Positions 37,626 through 50,160 of a stretch of 64,000 nucleotides of DNA are shown piece by piece. Numbering within the stretch: the stretch's first letter is position 1; each line of letters starts with the position of its first letter. The notes beneath the pieces are model-generated. The model did no database searches, was not told where the DNA came from, and saw nothing but the letters and a program-made list of their open reading frames with translations. The DNA comes from Takakia lepidozioides (Eukaryota; Plantae; Bryophyta): positions 24,552,001 through 24,616,000 of the forward strand of contig CM060733.1 of assembly GCA_030704615.1 (NCBI GenBank), read 5' to 3'. A program made the position numbers and the translations under genes.

Positions 37626-38810
37626 ATGGTCGGCGAAATGAGAAAACTAAGTATGACTGAGAAGGTGGAGGTTGAATTGATCAAGGCAAGATTGTTGAAG
37701 TTGTCTTTGAAGCGCCAAAAGAATAACTCCTGCAAGTTTTTTGATTCTTTATCACATGAGAGTTAGATGTTGGTCAAGAGCTTCTGGTTATTCATACTCT
37801 AGAATATACTAAATGACCTACTTTGTATAATGATTAATCTGCAGAAATATGCAAAATGAAGTCCTCTTTAGAATCTCCGATTGGCCGAGAGATGAAATTT
37901 TCAAAACTCACTACTGTAGATAAATGGAAAAAGATATTCGGTCATGTTTCTCCATGTGATGTAGTGATTCGTCTTTAATCTCCAAGTGGAGAATCACAAT
38001 ATTTGATTTTACTTGTCAATGTTACTGGAGAACTTTAATAGATATCTACCTCGATTACATGGAGTTATGTTCAAACCTTCTTGTGTTGGCAAACAATTTA
38101 ATTTCACGTACACAAAACATATGGAAAAGAGCCAAGTTCATAACTGCGAAATACTCAAGCTGTACATATTCATTTCAAGACATGGATCAATGAGAAATTT
38201 TAACAGTTTTCTTGTTTGGTATTGACACCAAGTTCTACATATTGCTTGCAGTGTATGTTATTGTAGGAAGGCCTTTAGGATTATCACCACTATTTTTGTT
38301 GATCATGTCCGATTAGAATGTTATTGGCATGTATTGACAAAATTACATGAAATGGTCAACTTCATGAACTTCGTTTTTGAGACGAAATCAAGTGAGGTTA
38401 AATATCATGCTGAGCTACATATCCATTTCATTTCAAAAGAATCTGAATGAATACTCCCAAAAGGAAACGAAGAACAAAGCCGGGTTAGAAAACTTAGCAT
38501 CGCAGAGCGAGCAAGATGTTTTTCTCGGCATTTTGAGGTTAGTGTCGCTCAAGTCATCCGTATAATGTTGTTGGAACTGCTTGTTTTTATCATGGAACGC
38601 GGCTTTCGACAGCCAACGGATTTTCACGTCCTTCAAACCCGATACAGAGTTCTCACCATCTCCGGCCTTTTACGTAACTAATGATGTCGCAACGGCTATT
38701 GAATTTCCACTCCGCAACCACCTTGCCGAACGACGAAGACCCGGACAATAGTAGATACAGTCTACTATCTAAGATAATTGTGTTTCAATTTGAACTAAGT
38801 TTGGAGGTCA
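37626..38810 (-). pseudogene. N-terminal half of the long decayed ORF of unknown family
   Basis: Protein-like frames with scattered stops: IVDCIYYCPGLRRSARWLRSGNSIAVATSLVT*KAGDGENSVSGLKDVKIRWLSK... and ...KNLQELFFWRFKDNFNNLALINSTSTFSVILSFLISPTMA, running into the TSD. Confidence 0.5.
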
Positions 38811-39790
38811 TCCATGGTGATATTCCTCTATCACGTGGGGAGAAAAGATTTAAGGTGCGGTGATTCGAGAGGGGAGTGAATGATGAAGCCTAGAGCACAT
38901 TTTGCAGGCACAACATGTACGACGAACGACCTAAACATCAACATGAATGGGACATAGTAATAATTTTGTGGTTGGGAAACAAGCATCATGACACTGTGCT
39001 CTTGTCTAAAATAGATGTAGATATTTTGCTATGATGGATATTTTATCTGCATGGGTTTGACCGGCCTAGGTGGCAGGTGATGTAGTACCGATTTATTTGT
39101 AGATCCCTTCTAACACTTTTGTCGATGCAAGGCAGAAGGACCCACATGAGGCAACTCTCTCTCAAAATATGAGGACAATTATTGGGAACCCACATATGAA
39201 AGAATTTTGCGGAAACAGATATTCTGGCCACCTTGCATCAAAAGAAAAACCTCATGAAATTTAGTACAACCCGGTGTGCCCACATCTTTGAATCTACTGG
39301 TGTCTAGCCTTGAATTCATTTTCTTTCCATGATATACTTAAAACTGAGTTCATAATCATCATATATTTAGTATTTTTCCAAAACTCCACATATCTATCAA
39401 ACTGCTGTAAAAGCAATGCTTGTAATCCAAACAACATTCTATCAAGCTCTATTCCATGGACATCAAGTCATTAGAAGAAAATAAAGTAAACAAAAAAAGA
39501 TGGTAGTAGGTAGGGAGTAATACGATCTTGAGTTGGGTCTTATGCGATCATATTCCCACATTATGTATGTTTCTGTGTCTCTTTAGATCCTTAAGTTTTT
39601 CTGGCAGCATAAAAAGTGACGCACCCTTACCTGGATCGACCATCACAATCAACCAGCAAACCAACATGTTAGTATTCCTTTATGTGGTACCCCAGATAAA
39701 TCAGGTGCTCACACTTGTTATCGATGTTCATCATGCGACTGTAAGCCATCAACATCACATCATTCGTTTGTTATCTCCACCTTGAGAACT

Positions 39791-40080
39791 TGTGGGAGGT
39801 GTCAAGTTAAATAAACACAGTGTGAAACTAACTAGAATAAAGCTAGTTATTTGTATTTAACACTTGGATTTAGTTCAAGTATTAAGTCAGGTGTCCAGTT
39901 TAGCTTGACACCTGAACCATCTTATCTTCACGAGAGCGTCAGTCGTGCGGCTCATCTCTCTCGAGTGTTAAGAGAACTAAAATCACACTGTTGACACAAG
40001 AACATGAAATACAACACCATCACTCATTAAACTAAGAGTCGAGCCAGAGGCACCCCAAGCTATGGGGACTCCACCCCACA
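39791..40080. repeat. Possible solo LTR or small foldback remnant
   Basis: tgtggg...cccaca ends, plus an internal inverted repeat aggtgtcaagttaaa / tttagcttgacacct (39797-39913). No TSD. Confidence 0.3.
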
Positions 40081-40685
40081 ACATCTTATTCTCTCTTCAT
40101 AAGCACACTCAGATTCTAAGCAGTGAAGGAGCTTGGTCGTGCATGCTATTGTGGCAAACTACTTTATTGTCCATATATGTGTGGTGTAGTTTGGACAACG
40201 ATGTAGTTGTGTAGCGATACGTGTGCGCACGACAGAGGCCAAAACGTGTAATTTTGGAGAATAACACGATAGCTTATTTCGACAATGTCAAAGAGTTAAC
40301 AATGATGGTGGGGAGAGATAGGTCAGCTTATTCTCCAGCACTTGGCTCTTTGAGCTATGTGCCCTGATCAATTCAATATTCTATACAACTACACATTCTT
40401 TAGGAGTATTTTACAATTTCTAATGATGTTTATATATGGAGTTGCAATTGTGGACAAAAGAGAAGCAGGCTTGTGAGGCCAGAGATGCTAAATAGACTAT
40501 TGTCCATGTGCTTTTATAATTTTTTGTCAGGTTTTTGAAATTGGCAATGATTTTCAAATTGATTTCAATTGAAATTACAATGTATCGAAACAAATTTTTA
40601 CATTGAAGATAGATTGTTTTCAAATCTATGCAATGGAGGTCAAGTTTAATCAAAATGAGAAGCCCTGAAGGATAATGAGGCATAG

Positions 40686-40775
40686 GACATGGAAGAGTTG
40701 GATTGGGTGGGACCTGCACCCTGGGAGGCTGCAACTAGTGGTGACGGGCTACCGAAGTTTCTGTGCGATGTCATG
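40686..40775 (+). pseudogene. Orphan exon of a Mut-7-like exonuclease (start of the Mut7-C domain)
   Basis: DWVGPAPWEAATSGDGLPKFLCDVM, bounded by AG and GT. Matches the recalled plant W.GPPPWD.S.GGDG.PKFLCDVM(VEGLA) motif. Confidence 0.7.
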
Positions 40776-41090
40776 GTGTGGCATTCTCTGTCACATCGGG
40801 GAGATCTATGGAAGTATATTTTGTCTATAGATTCAAGATGCTTGAGGATAACTAGTGTTCTTAAGTATTGGTGTGATTGGCATTCGTGTTTTACCCCATA
40901 TTGTCTGCGCACTGTATCATATAACATCTGAGCCTATACATAAACTACATTATAGTTGAAATGTCAAATGGATTCTTTCAATTAACGTCCTTGAATATGC
41001 TCATGAGTGTTGGACTTTGCAACAGGTGCATACTTGGTGCAAGCGCAATCGAAAAAATAAGTTAAAAAACGATTGACACAATAAGATCTT

Positions 41091-41296
41091 GAGTCTCTGG
41101 TTGTCAAAATCTTCACCACCAAGATGAATGTCTCTCACTATCGCCTTCACGTTGGGGATTATTCCCTCATCAAGGGTGAGCAGGGAAACATCGAAGATAC
41201 CTCCACCAAGATAAAAAAAATGAGAATGTTTTTATCTCCACCTAAGGTTTTTATGTCGAGATGGCAGGCTTCAGCTGCAGCCGTCGGCTCATTGAC
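41091..41296 (-). pseudogene. HSP70 ATPase-domain fragment
   Basis: VNEPTAAA....[46 protein letters not shown] covers HSP70 signature 2; degenerate and isolated. Confidence 0.9.
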
Positions 41297-44200
41297 ATAA
41301 TTCCCACCGCTGGTACAAGATTCACATAAGGTGTATTGGATTTAGGCTGATCTTCTACACCCCTTAGATCTCTTCGATCTTCTCATCAACATGATGGCTA
41401 GCTACAGAATCAAACTAAAATTTGATGCAAATCACCGCATACGCCGAATAACTCCCGTTTGAAAGCAAGCTAAGATAGATGCTAAAAACAAAGCCACAAA
41501 AAGTTTCTTTTAATTTCGGGACTAATAGTTTGGATTTTCTGGTAGTCGCTCCAAGATCTCACTGTTGGCATTAACAACTGTACTTCATTTGTTGGGTTGG
41601 TAGTTGTGACCAACTTAGATACGATCAAAGTTAGATCATTTAGGTGATCACATTCAAACCTTGATGGAGGCTTAGATAATTTTAGGAGTTGCACTGCTTA
41701 ACCCTACATTTTCTAGTTCTCTCCATTCATTTAGGTACTGTTCACGTATATCAATGACTAAGTTTTTAAAGGTTTTGTGTTCAATCAAGCGTTCAATTAT
41801 TTTTGCAAGAGTCTTGTTCTTCCACAATATTTTCTTCATAGTGCAAGACAGTTCAGTCCGCGTAGATCTTGTTCTTCTCAAATTTATAATTTGCTATCTA
41901 GGAGTTAAAAGTTTTCACGAGGACAAGCGAACGTGCATTCTCTTCATTGACGATCTCATAATCTAATAGATTCACTTCCCATCTTAGAACTTATGAGAAC
42001 CCCACGAGTATAGGTCTCAATGTCACGCACTTAGTTTAACAACAATATGACTCACCTTGAAAAAAATTCAGAAACAAGCTTTCTAGTACATGATAAATCA
42101 TGAGCCGACGTATATACCTTCTAACTTAATTGATGTAAGGTCCATCGGTTCGAAAGAGAACAATTTTCGGGTTGTGATTGGTCTTCCAAGTGCTGTTAGA
42201 TAATAGACGTTCATTGATGACAAGTCGATCATGCTTCGGAATTTATTTCAAAGAGAAGACTGCAAAGACAACTATGTACTTTCTTACCCACAGGTTGTGA
42301 AACTTAAAGTCCACTCGTTGGGAAAAACTTAAGCTGAAAATACATATATATCTGCAGTCAAACCACATAGGCTGCACAAAGTTACACTTACCTTTGTAAT
42401 GAAATGTGTTTGTTCACATGCTCTTTAGATGCCAAGCCTTGCAATTTACCTATAAACACATTAAAACTTGTACTCCTCCAACCAATAACATGCATTTAGG
42501 GTTTTGGAGTCTGTTATAAGTATAAAAGATAGAGAAAGACACACCAACTACAGTGGGGCACATTTTTTCTTGTCATATAACCAGAAATCTATCAAAGATA
42601 TGCATGCCCTAAGAATAATTGAACAGACCTATACCAAACTGAACTACGTTTAACATTTCTTTTCACAAAAATATTGGAACTTTAAACTTTCACCAAAAAT
42701 CAGCACAAAACACATTTATTTGCTATTGTGTTAGGATGCACACTGCACATCCTTCAAACCCTCGAGCACTTGAGGAACGTCTTCAATCTTCAGCTATTGT
42801 AATGGTAGAAAAGAAAATACACTTTTGCAGGGCATGATCATTTGAAGGGCACAGTTTCCAATTGCAGCAAAAGAAAAATCATCTCAACAAACTGCGAGGA
42901 ACACACTTGATGTGCCTTAAATTCGACATATACTTCCCAACGTGTAGAAGAAGAATCCTCTCAATAAAGAACGATGAACTCCACACAGATGAGCCTCAAT
43001 TTCGACATATACAATCTTATTCCTAATTGCACAAATTTGTTTATAAGTAATTGAAGGAACTTTTGGTTTCGTATGGAAAGTAAAATGTGTATATATAGGC
43101 TTGCGTGGTAGGTGATTGCAGTGGTCTCAAGCTTCTCCGGCGTCGGTGATGGCCACCACCGGCCATTTCAACAACATTTTTTTTGAGGGAGATTGGGATG
43201 TGGATGAAAGAGAGAGAATTTAAATGATTTTACCTCCGGGTTATAAGGGATTATAAACTGGAGGAGCTTCTCGAGTTTGTGAAACGCCATCTTTTTCCAT
43301 TGTCCAACCCACAAACATAGCATCCATATCGGTGTTTTGTTTGGGCTCTTGAAAGACTTGTAAGCACCGGTCTGACTTTGAGGCTGATTGTCACCTCAAC
43401 AATTCTGGATGCTCAAAAATATTTTGAACAAGAATATATCTTTCACTAAAATTGACAAGCAGAATTTGCATACTGACCCTAGACTAGTGTTAGACCAACC
43501 AGACATTAAGACTATGTAATCCAAATAATCAACATTATATATATATCTAAGCATGTTTTGTCATTCATATCTACAATAGATTGTTTTATTAGATCAACAC
43601 GAATTTGTAAAATCTAGCTTATTTATAGGGACCCCCAATACATGAAGGCATGAAGATTCTTTACTTCAATATTTTCCATCTCATCTTGTCCAATAACTGG
43701 TTTGCCAATCATTGTCATCAATATACCAATGTGGAATGTGGAAAGGGGCTTCATCCTCAATCCTAAAATATATCCCTAAAAGTATCATAAGAGTAATGAC
43801 AAGACTCAATAGATCAAACCACCCTTGTAATTGGTCATTTTAGAAACCACAACTTCAAAGTCAAAAGATTTTGTTTGTGAGGCCCATTCCTGTTTCTATG
43901 GGTCAATATTGTTGAAAATGATATATAAGTACCGAAATCCATAAATAAAATATTCTACAATACATTTAGGCTCCACAAACAAATTTATGTTCTGAAGTGA
44001 ATAATCATCGCACTTTGATAATTTTCTACAATTCGCCCCTTGTTTCATTTATGGCTCCTCGCAACAACATAGAGTTTAGACATTGAATAACTACCCTCAT
44101 GAGGCTACTTTGATTAGTCCTGCGCATGTTAGCTCTACACCCCAAGAGGAAGATGATCATTAAAAGAATATCAGAATTGTCAAGTGGAGCATCTGATCAA

Positions 44201-44911
44201 GAAGACTCTTAGCAAGGACGAGAAGCCCTTGTTGATAGGAGCTTGAAGATACAAAGCTTTGGGATTTCTTCATATTTCTTCATATTTGTTGAGTTTAAGG
44301 TCCTAAAAGACGAGAGACATGCGGCTTCGCGGAGGATGTGTTTGGCAAGAAATGGTGGTATTAATTTCAGCAATGTTATCCCCAACTTTTTTCTGAAAAA
44401 AGAAAGGGGAATACCCCGGAGCGACCCCAACTTGCATCAAGAGAACTACTTAAGAGAAAAACTGAAAGCCCAAAATCAGTGTCCTCCACTTCTTGGGGAA
44501 TTTTATGGCTTGTTGGGCTCATTGATGGATGTTCATAAATACCCTCTAACTCATAGGTATATGGAATGCAAATTAGTGAGGGTCATGGTTTGGCATAGAA
44601 AGGTGGTAGCTTGTGCTAACGGTAGGTATCCAGGTTCGATGCCGAACGTGTCCAATGGCGTCCTCATCCGTTGGACTCTAGTAACCACCAACAGCAATCC
44701 TACACAACAGACTTACTTACTTGTAGCACTGCGAGAGAGACGATGGAGCGTAAGGCAGGCTCCAGCTACCATGAAGGAGGATGGAGGATTATGAAGTCAG
44801 CTTCAGCTACCAACTGAATACAGTTCTGCCATTCAACTCTGTGTTGGTTTCTTTCACTTGACAGCTCTGGGTTGTTTCTTCACAGCTGAATCTCTCGTGG
44901 AGCAGCTTACA

Positions 44912-47900
44912 ATGAAGGCGGGCTTGATGATCAGTGGGCTTTTGGAATCTTTGTCAATTTTTCTGGTCTTCAGCAGTTTAGTTGTGGGTTCGTCATGCAT
45001 CGAAGTTGGAGGCACATGCCCAGGGAGCACAATTGACAAGGGAGTCTGGCCTGAGGATGCAAGACTAATTGCAGAGGAACCAAACGGAAAGCTTTTGGAG
45101 GTGGGCCTAGCAGAGGACCCACTTAAGGTGCTACACGTTTATGGTTCCCCATACGAATTGGGCAGAGCGCACGGTGCACTGTTGAAGAATGAAGTTCAGT
45201 CTATGTACAAGAATTTCTTCAGGTTGCTGCTCTCTCTTCCCTTTTCTCTACTTGAACACATAACACAATAGGGTTGATGTTCCTCGCGACCTTTGAATTT
45301 CTGGCAGCAAGTTCTGGTGGACTGACTCCATGAATCCCGGGACGGTGTTCTATAAAATTACAATCTTTAGTTAGAGAGGGGGATCTATAGTCCGAACATC
45401 CAACGGCGACTGAATGGAACCACTGTAAGCGTATGAAAATGGAACTTGGAAGTTATAATCTCGGGATCCCTCAGCAGGGATTCTCCTGAAACAAAATTGA
45501 GAGCTCATTTGGGATCTTTAGTTATAACTGAGATGTGGTAGTTCCGGTATGTGTGGCAAGGCCACCATTTTGACTTGTGATCTTTAGGTGATAATTCTCA
45601 TTGGAGCTGGGATGGAGGTGCAGTTATATGGAGGATCAAGTGATTCATGCGTTACGGCTAGGTTATCTGCCGCAGATCATTACACGTCCCCTTGCACGCC
45701 TACTCGTGAATGCTGCGTTGGATATGACCTTCCTACTCACCTGGCGGTACACCCCTGCACGTAATATGGCGAGTCCTGTAATATCCTCTGTCATGCATCA
45801 GTTTTCTGTAGCGCCACTGGAGTGCGCGTATTTTCAATAGATTGCAAGCGCTCTGGGTAGGTGCTTTTCATTTGAAGATTGTAATGTATGTTAAGTGGCA
45901 ATGTAGATGACATGCATGCTTATAATCAACATACATACATACTAACACAGGGAAGGAGAGAGATGGATTCCCATGTGCTTTTTGATGTGAGGGAAGGGAA
46001 GGAAACAAAGAAAGAAACTTTAACGTCCACAGAGGGCAACAATGGCCCACTGGACAACAAACAACAAGGGACAGAGATCAGAAACAAAGGGACTTGGTAT
46101 AAAGGATGTAACTTGGCATTTCTGTTTCAGGCTTTGTGGACGAAATGATGGGGCTTGCAAGCGGAGCAGAAGTAGAGTATCGTGATGTACTTCGCATACA
46201 GATGATCCCAGAGCTTCTCCAGGCTTCTTGTTCCATGCTTGGCGCCTGGGGACCTGCCACATCAGGAGAGCCTTCTCAAGGTAGAAACAAGTAGCCCGCA
46301 ACGGTGATCTGTAATGACTCAAGTGTTCTGCAAGTTGTGGGTTGCATGACAGAGCTATGGATTTTCCCTTAGCTTCTAATGAGTATTTGTGTGAGGACAT
46401 ACAGGTTACTAGACACTTTCTAAAGGATGGTGCACATTTAGGCATGCTGGTCCCACATGCATTGCACTTGTGCATACTGGGCTTGCTTACAAGGCATGTA
46501 TGCATCATCGTTGCTTGACCAAAGGAAGCTCTGTGCCAGTGCCCTGAAGATATGTTGTGGTTTTGGTGGTCTCAGGAGGCCTCTACCAAATGCGTGCACT
46601 CGACTGGGATATGAATGCACCAATACTGGACTTTCATACAGTTGTTTTCTATCATCCATCAGAGGGGAACTCTTTTGCAATTTTCACATGGGCTGGTTTC
46701 CTTGGTTGTGTTACCTGTTATTCAGGTCACCTCGGCATATCTGAGAAGGTTTGCATATAGTTCTTCAAGCCTTTGTTTTCTGTTTATCTTGGAGAGATAG
46801 AGTTAGATCCAACGGGCTTTAGTTGCTAGGCTTCCTCTGTCCCAGTCTTTGCGTTGTGTATTCCCCAGGGGTATTCGACTTTGCACAAAACCATCTTGAA
46901 GCATTGCAGCTTTTGGATCGTATTCCTTGTTGTATGACTTGAATGCTTTTGTGAATGGGGGGTGCTGTAGCAATGCATCTTTCAGCCAAGAGTAGGCCTT
47001 GATTGTGTACTGCCTTTTCAGGAAGCCTTCACGTGATATATACTGAATGCTAGAAAGAAGGCTAAGGCTGTACACCAGTGGCAAGGGAAAGTGGATGGTG
47101 AAGCTCTATGGAGCAAACAAGAGCTTGGTGCTTCTGAGAAGCATTGGGAATTGGGCATTTGTTTTTGACATATTGAAATCTGCCATTGCCACCTGGGATA
47201 GTTGTACATTTCAAGGGTTGGGTTTGAACAATGAAAATGCATCTATTAACTTTTCGAAGTGGTTGATGCAGGTATGGCTGGGCTACAGTGGATCGAGTAG
47301 TCGGAGAGGGACACCCTGGCACTTTTTACTTCGTGATATTGTTCAATTTTCCAAAGACATTGAGCAAGCACAATTGCTTCTGAATGCTGCCCAGCGAACA
47401 TGTCCTATTCTTGTCGGTATTGGATCTTCCAAGGATAGCAGGTTCTTTCTGCTGGGGTATGCCGCAGACGCACTAACGCTTTATGATGACAGTAACTTCA
47501 CTGTGGTAAGTAATATTTCCTTTCTTTGTACTCTCATAGTTTTCTCGTTGCATGTTATTGTGATCAAAACCTCCTTGCAGCTTGGAGAGCCAATGTTTTG
47601 AAGGTACTAGAAAGAATGATTGTGTGCTTCTTTGCAGTGATCTTTTCAGCTGCCATGCTTGCCTGTGATGTTTTACGCTTTTGCGCTTTGAGATGCAGTT
47701 AAAGATACACATGTACAAGTAGTCCTATCAGAGGTGTTTGTGGTGTTGCTTTTCAGGTGACATCTCTGAACCCTGGTGAGGATCAGGCTGTAGGAGTAGT
47801 GTTTGTGGACAAGTATGTGCAGCCATCTGATGACAATTGCATGGGCTCACTGGTGCGGCACAACTATGGTGCTTTGAATGCAAATGCTTTGATGGAAATG

Positions 47901-48403
47901 GTGTCCATACAACAAACTGGAGACATGCATGCCGCTGTGTATGACTTCTCAGGAAACAATGTGTATTTTAGCTGGGCTGTCAAAGATCTGACCACCGGCA
48001 GGGTTGTACCTGCTTACAAAAGGTACAAGGTTTATCTTTTTTTGACAGATAATTGCAGTGTCATCATATTGCCTGATGGTTTCACCATGAATTGGGCATC
48101 TTTGTGATTCAAAACACTCTATACAGCTTCAACTAACACACCATCTGCCTCTAGACTTCAATTTAGATCGATTGTTGTATTTTTCTACTGGTAGAACAAA
48201 GTCATCCAAATATGCAGGTGCCATGGCTTGTCTATGAGCATGTCTTAAAATTGTGGGACGTTGTGAACTCTTGAACTTCATAACCTTCTGTTTCTAACAT
48301 GATTCTGGTTTATGTTGACAGGCAGTTTGTCAAGCTCAATATGAGCTCCCTTCTCCCTCCAGGGCTACCCTGTCACCAGCAGACAGACAGCTGCTTTGCT
48401 TAG
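44912..48403 (+). CDS. Secreted Ntn-hydrolase, acid-ceramidase-like / peptidase C45 family (Dictyostelium dcd1-like); exons 44912-45222, 45624-45760, 46131-46280, 46576-46748, 47272-47505, 47757-48022, 48322-48403
   Basis: Signal peptide; LHVYGSPYELGRAHGALLK; DEMMGLASG; PELLQAS|CSMLGAWG (nucleophile Cys at 46229); YQMRALDW; WAGFLG; GISEK; GTPWHFLLRDIVQF; QTGDMHAAVYD; PAYKRQFVKLNM. All introns are GT-AG and phase-compatible. Confidence 0.85.
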
Positions 48404-49314
48404 CAACAGTGTACTAAGTGCTCTGTTGTCCATGCAATATGAACAAACTTGTTTCATTGGTTTTCCCTTGATAATTTACAAACACATCAATCTTTCCAAT
48501 GCTGAGGGCGTAGAATACAGATTGTAAAATAGGTAATTTTATACATGGAGAGACCTGATCAAGCTGATGGATTGTCTCCTCTTGTGCCGGAAGCACTTAA
48601 TCATACAGCAAGCCCACCTGACGTTGGGCAATCTTAAACACTGGATGCTTGATGTGAAGATTATTTGAGCCAACATTGTTTTCAAGTACTAGTTTACAAA
48701 GGGTGCATTCTGACTATGGGGGAGTCTGATTCCGTGGAGTAAACTGGTACCTGACATTCAACCCTGTCAACCCTGTTACAGGTTTACTGTTCACTCCTCC
48801 CTTGCGAGTTGTTCCAAATCAAGCATCCTTGGCAGTGAATGGACAAAAACTGATGAAAAGCTTGCTATACTAGCCCAATAGTGAGGGGGGCACGTACCAC
48901 CTCCGAAGTGGTTGTGGGTTCAATGCATTGATAGGTGTCACAAAGGTGTCCACCTTCCTGCCAGAAGGAAGTAGCCTTTTGGGATCAAGAGACACCATAA
49001 TTTACGCTTCCTTCGGGAGGTGTCATATACATATTACTAATATGTAGAGCAAGAAGAGAAGAACGCTCTTCATCATTAACTAGGGATTCTTTTGAAGGTC
49101 CAAAAATAAGAGATGGAGGGTCGGACGAATGGGATGGCGCAGAAAGGGGTGTGGGAAAGGGTAATTTGCCTTGTGAGGTGTCAAGTAAAGCGAGAAAGAA
49201 AGAATGGAGGCCAAGAAGAAGCATGCACAAGTAGGAGGGTGGGCCGTCCTTCTAGTTGTAGAGCTTTCCAGAAGGAGGATGAGGCCGTGGGCCCTTCTAG
49301 AAGGCTCCACCACC

Positions 49315-49380
49315 GCCTTGAGACACTACATAAAGAGGGTGAGGGTTGCCTTGAGACACTACATAAAGAGGGTGAGGGTT
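49315..49380. repeat. Perfect 33-bp tandem duplication within probable TE debris
   Basis: gccttgagacactacataaagagggtgagggtt x2. Confidence 0.95.
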
Positions 49381-50160
49381 ACCTTTGCCGGTTTCTTCCA
49401 CCTCCACCTCACTTTGGTGGGCTCTCCTACCTATCAAGGCCCCCCAAAAAATGTAAATTTGGAACCTAAACCATCTACAAATGAATGGAAAGCTGAAAGG
49501 GAATCCATTTTTTCTCCGCGTTGACGCCAGGTTAGAAATGTTTGAGGATAACTCTTATTGTAGGGGCAAAAAGGCCAATGGTCCCTTCGTGGGGCATGAG
49601 AGAGGCCGACCCTTTTGTGCCGAATATACTAAGAGTGTTATTCCATGTACACGGCCCACCGTTTAAAGGAGAAAAGGCACAGAAATGGGATGTTTCCTCT
49701 CGCGCTTCCATGTATGGGGTAGTGGGTGCCAAGGCAGCGCATTTGTAATTTGTAGCATACCTCATCAAATGGGATGGAGTTAGCGGACGGGTGCGATTAG
49801 TGGAAGTGCCCGTTGTAGGCCCAAAACACTAGTAGGTGCTATAGAGGGTTTGATAAAGTGGCAGCTCACATCCATCAGGTTATCAGGTTGGTCTTATAAG
49901 CTTATACAGCGTCACACTAAAAGTCCAAAAGTATCACCCGGCTGCCGAGCTCAACATGATAGTGGAAACACTAAAGCTATTTTCTCCTAGCACCCAACTG
50001 ATGCCTAAATCTGCGGTCCGGGCTCCCTCCACATGAAAAGAGGCTTTAAGGGTTTCCTTATTGTTGGAGACTACGCATCAATGTTAAAAATCGTTAAGTC
50101 CCTGTTGTGCCTTTCCCGGTGTCACCTCCTCCACTTTGTTGAAAAACTAGTGCCTCCATG

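Noticed and set aside
26780-43500. Definite giant-virus or Helitron/CACTA call for the island
   Set aside because: No capsid, polB, packaging ATPase, Rep/helicase, transposase or convincing termini were seen. Kept only as a hypothesis.
49315-49380. 33-bp direct repeats as a CRISPR-like array
   Set aside because: Two adjacent copies with no spacer, in a eukaryotic context.
48850-50150. ORFs of 60-118 aa in a GC-richer block
   Set aside because: Probably TE debris; no domain could be supported.
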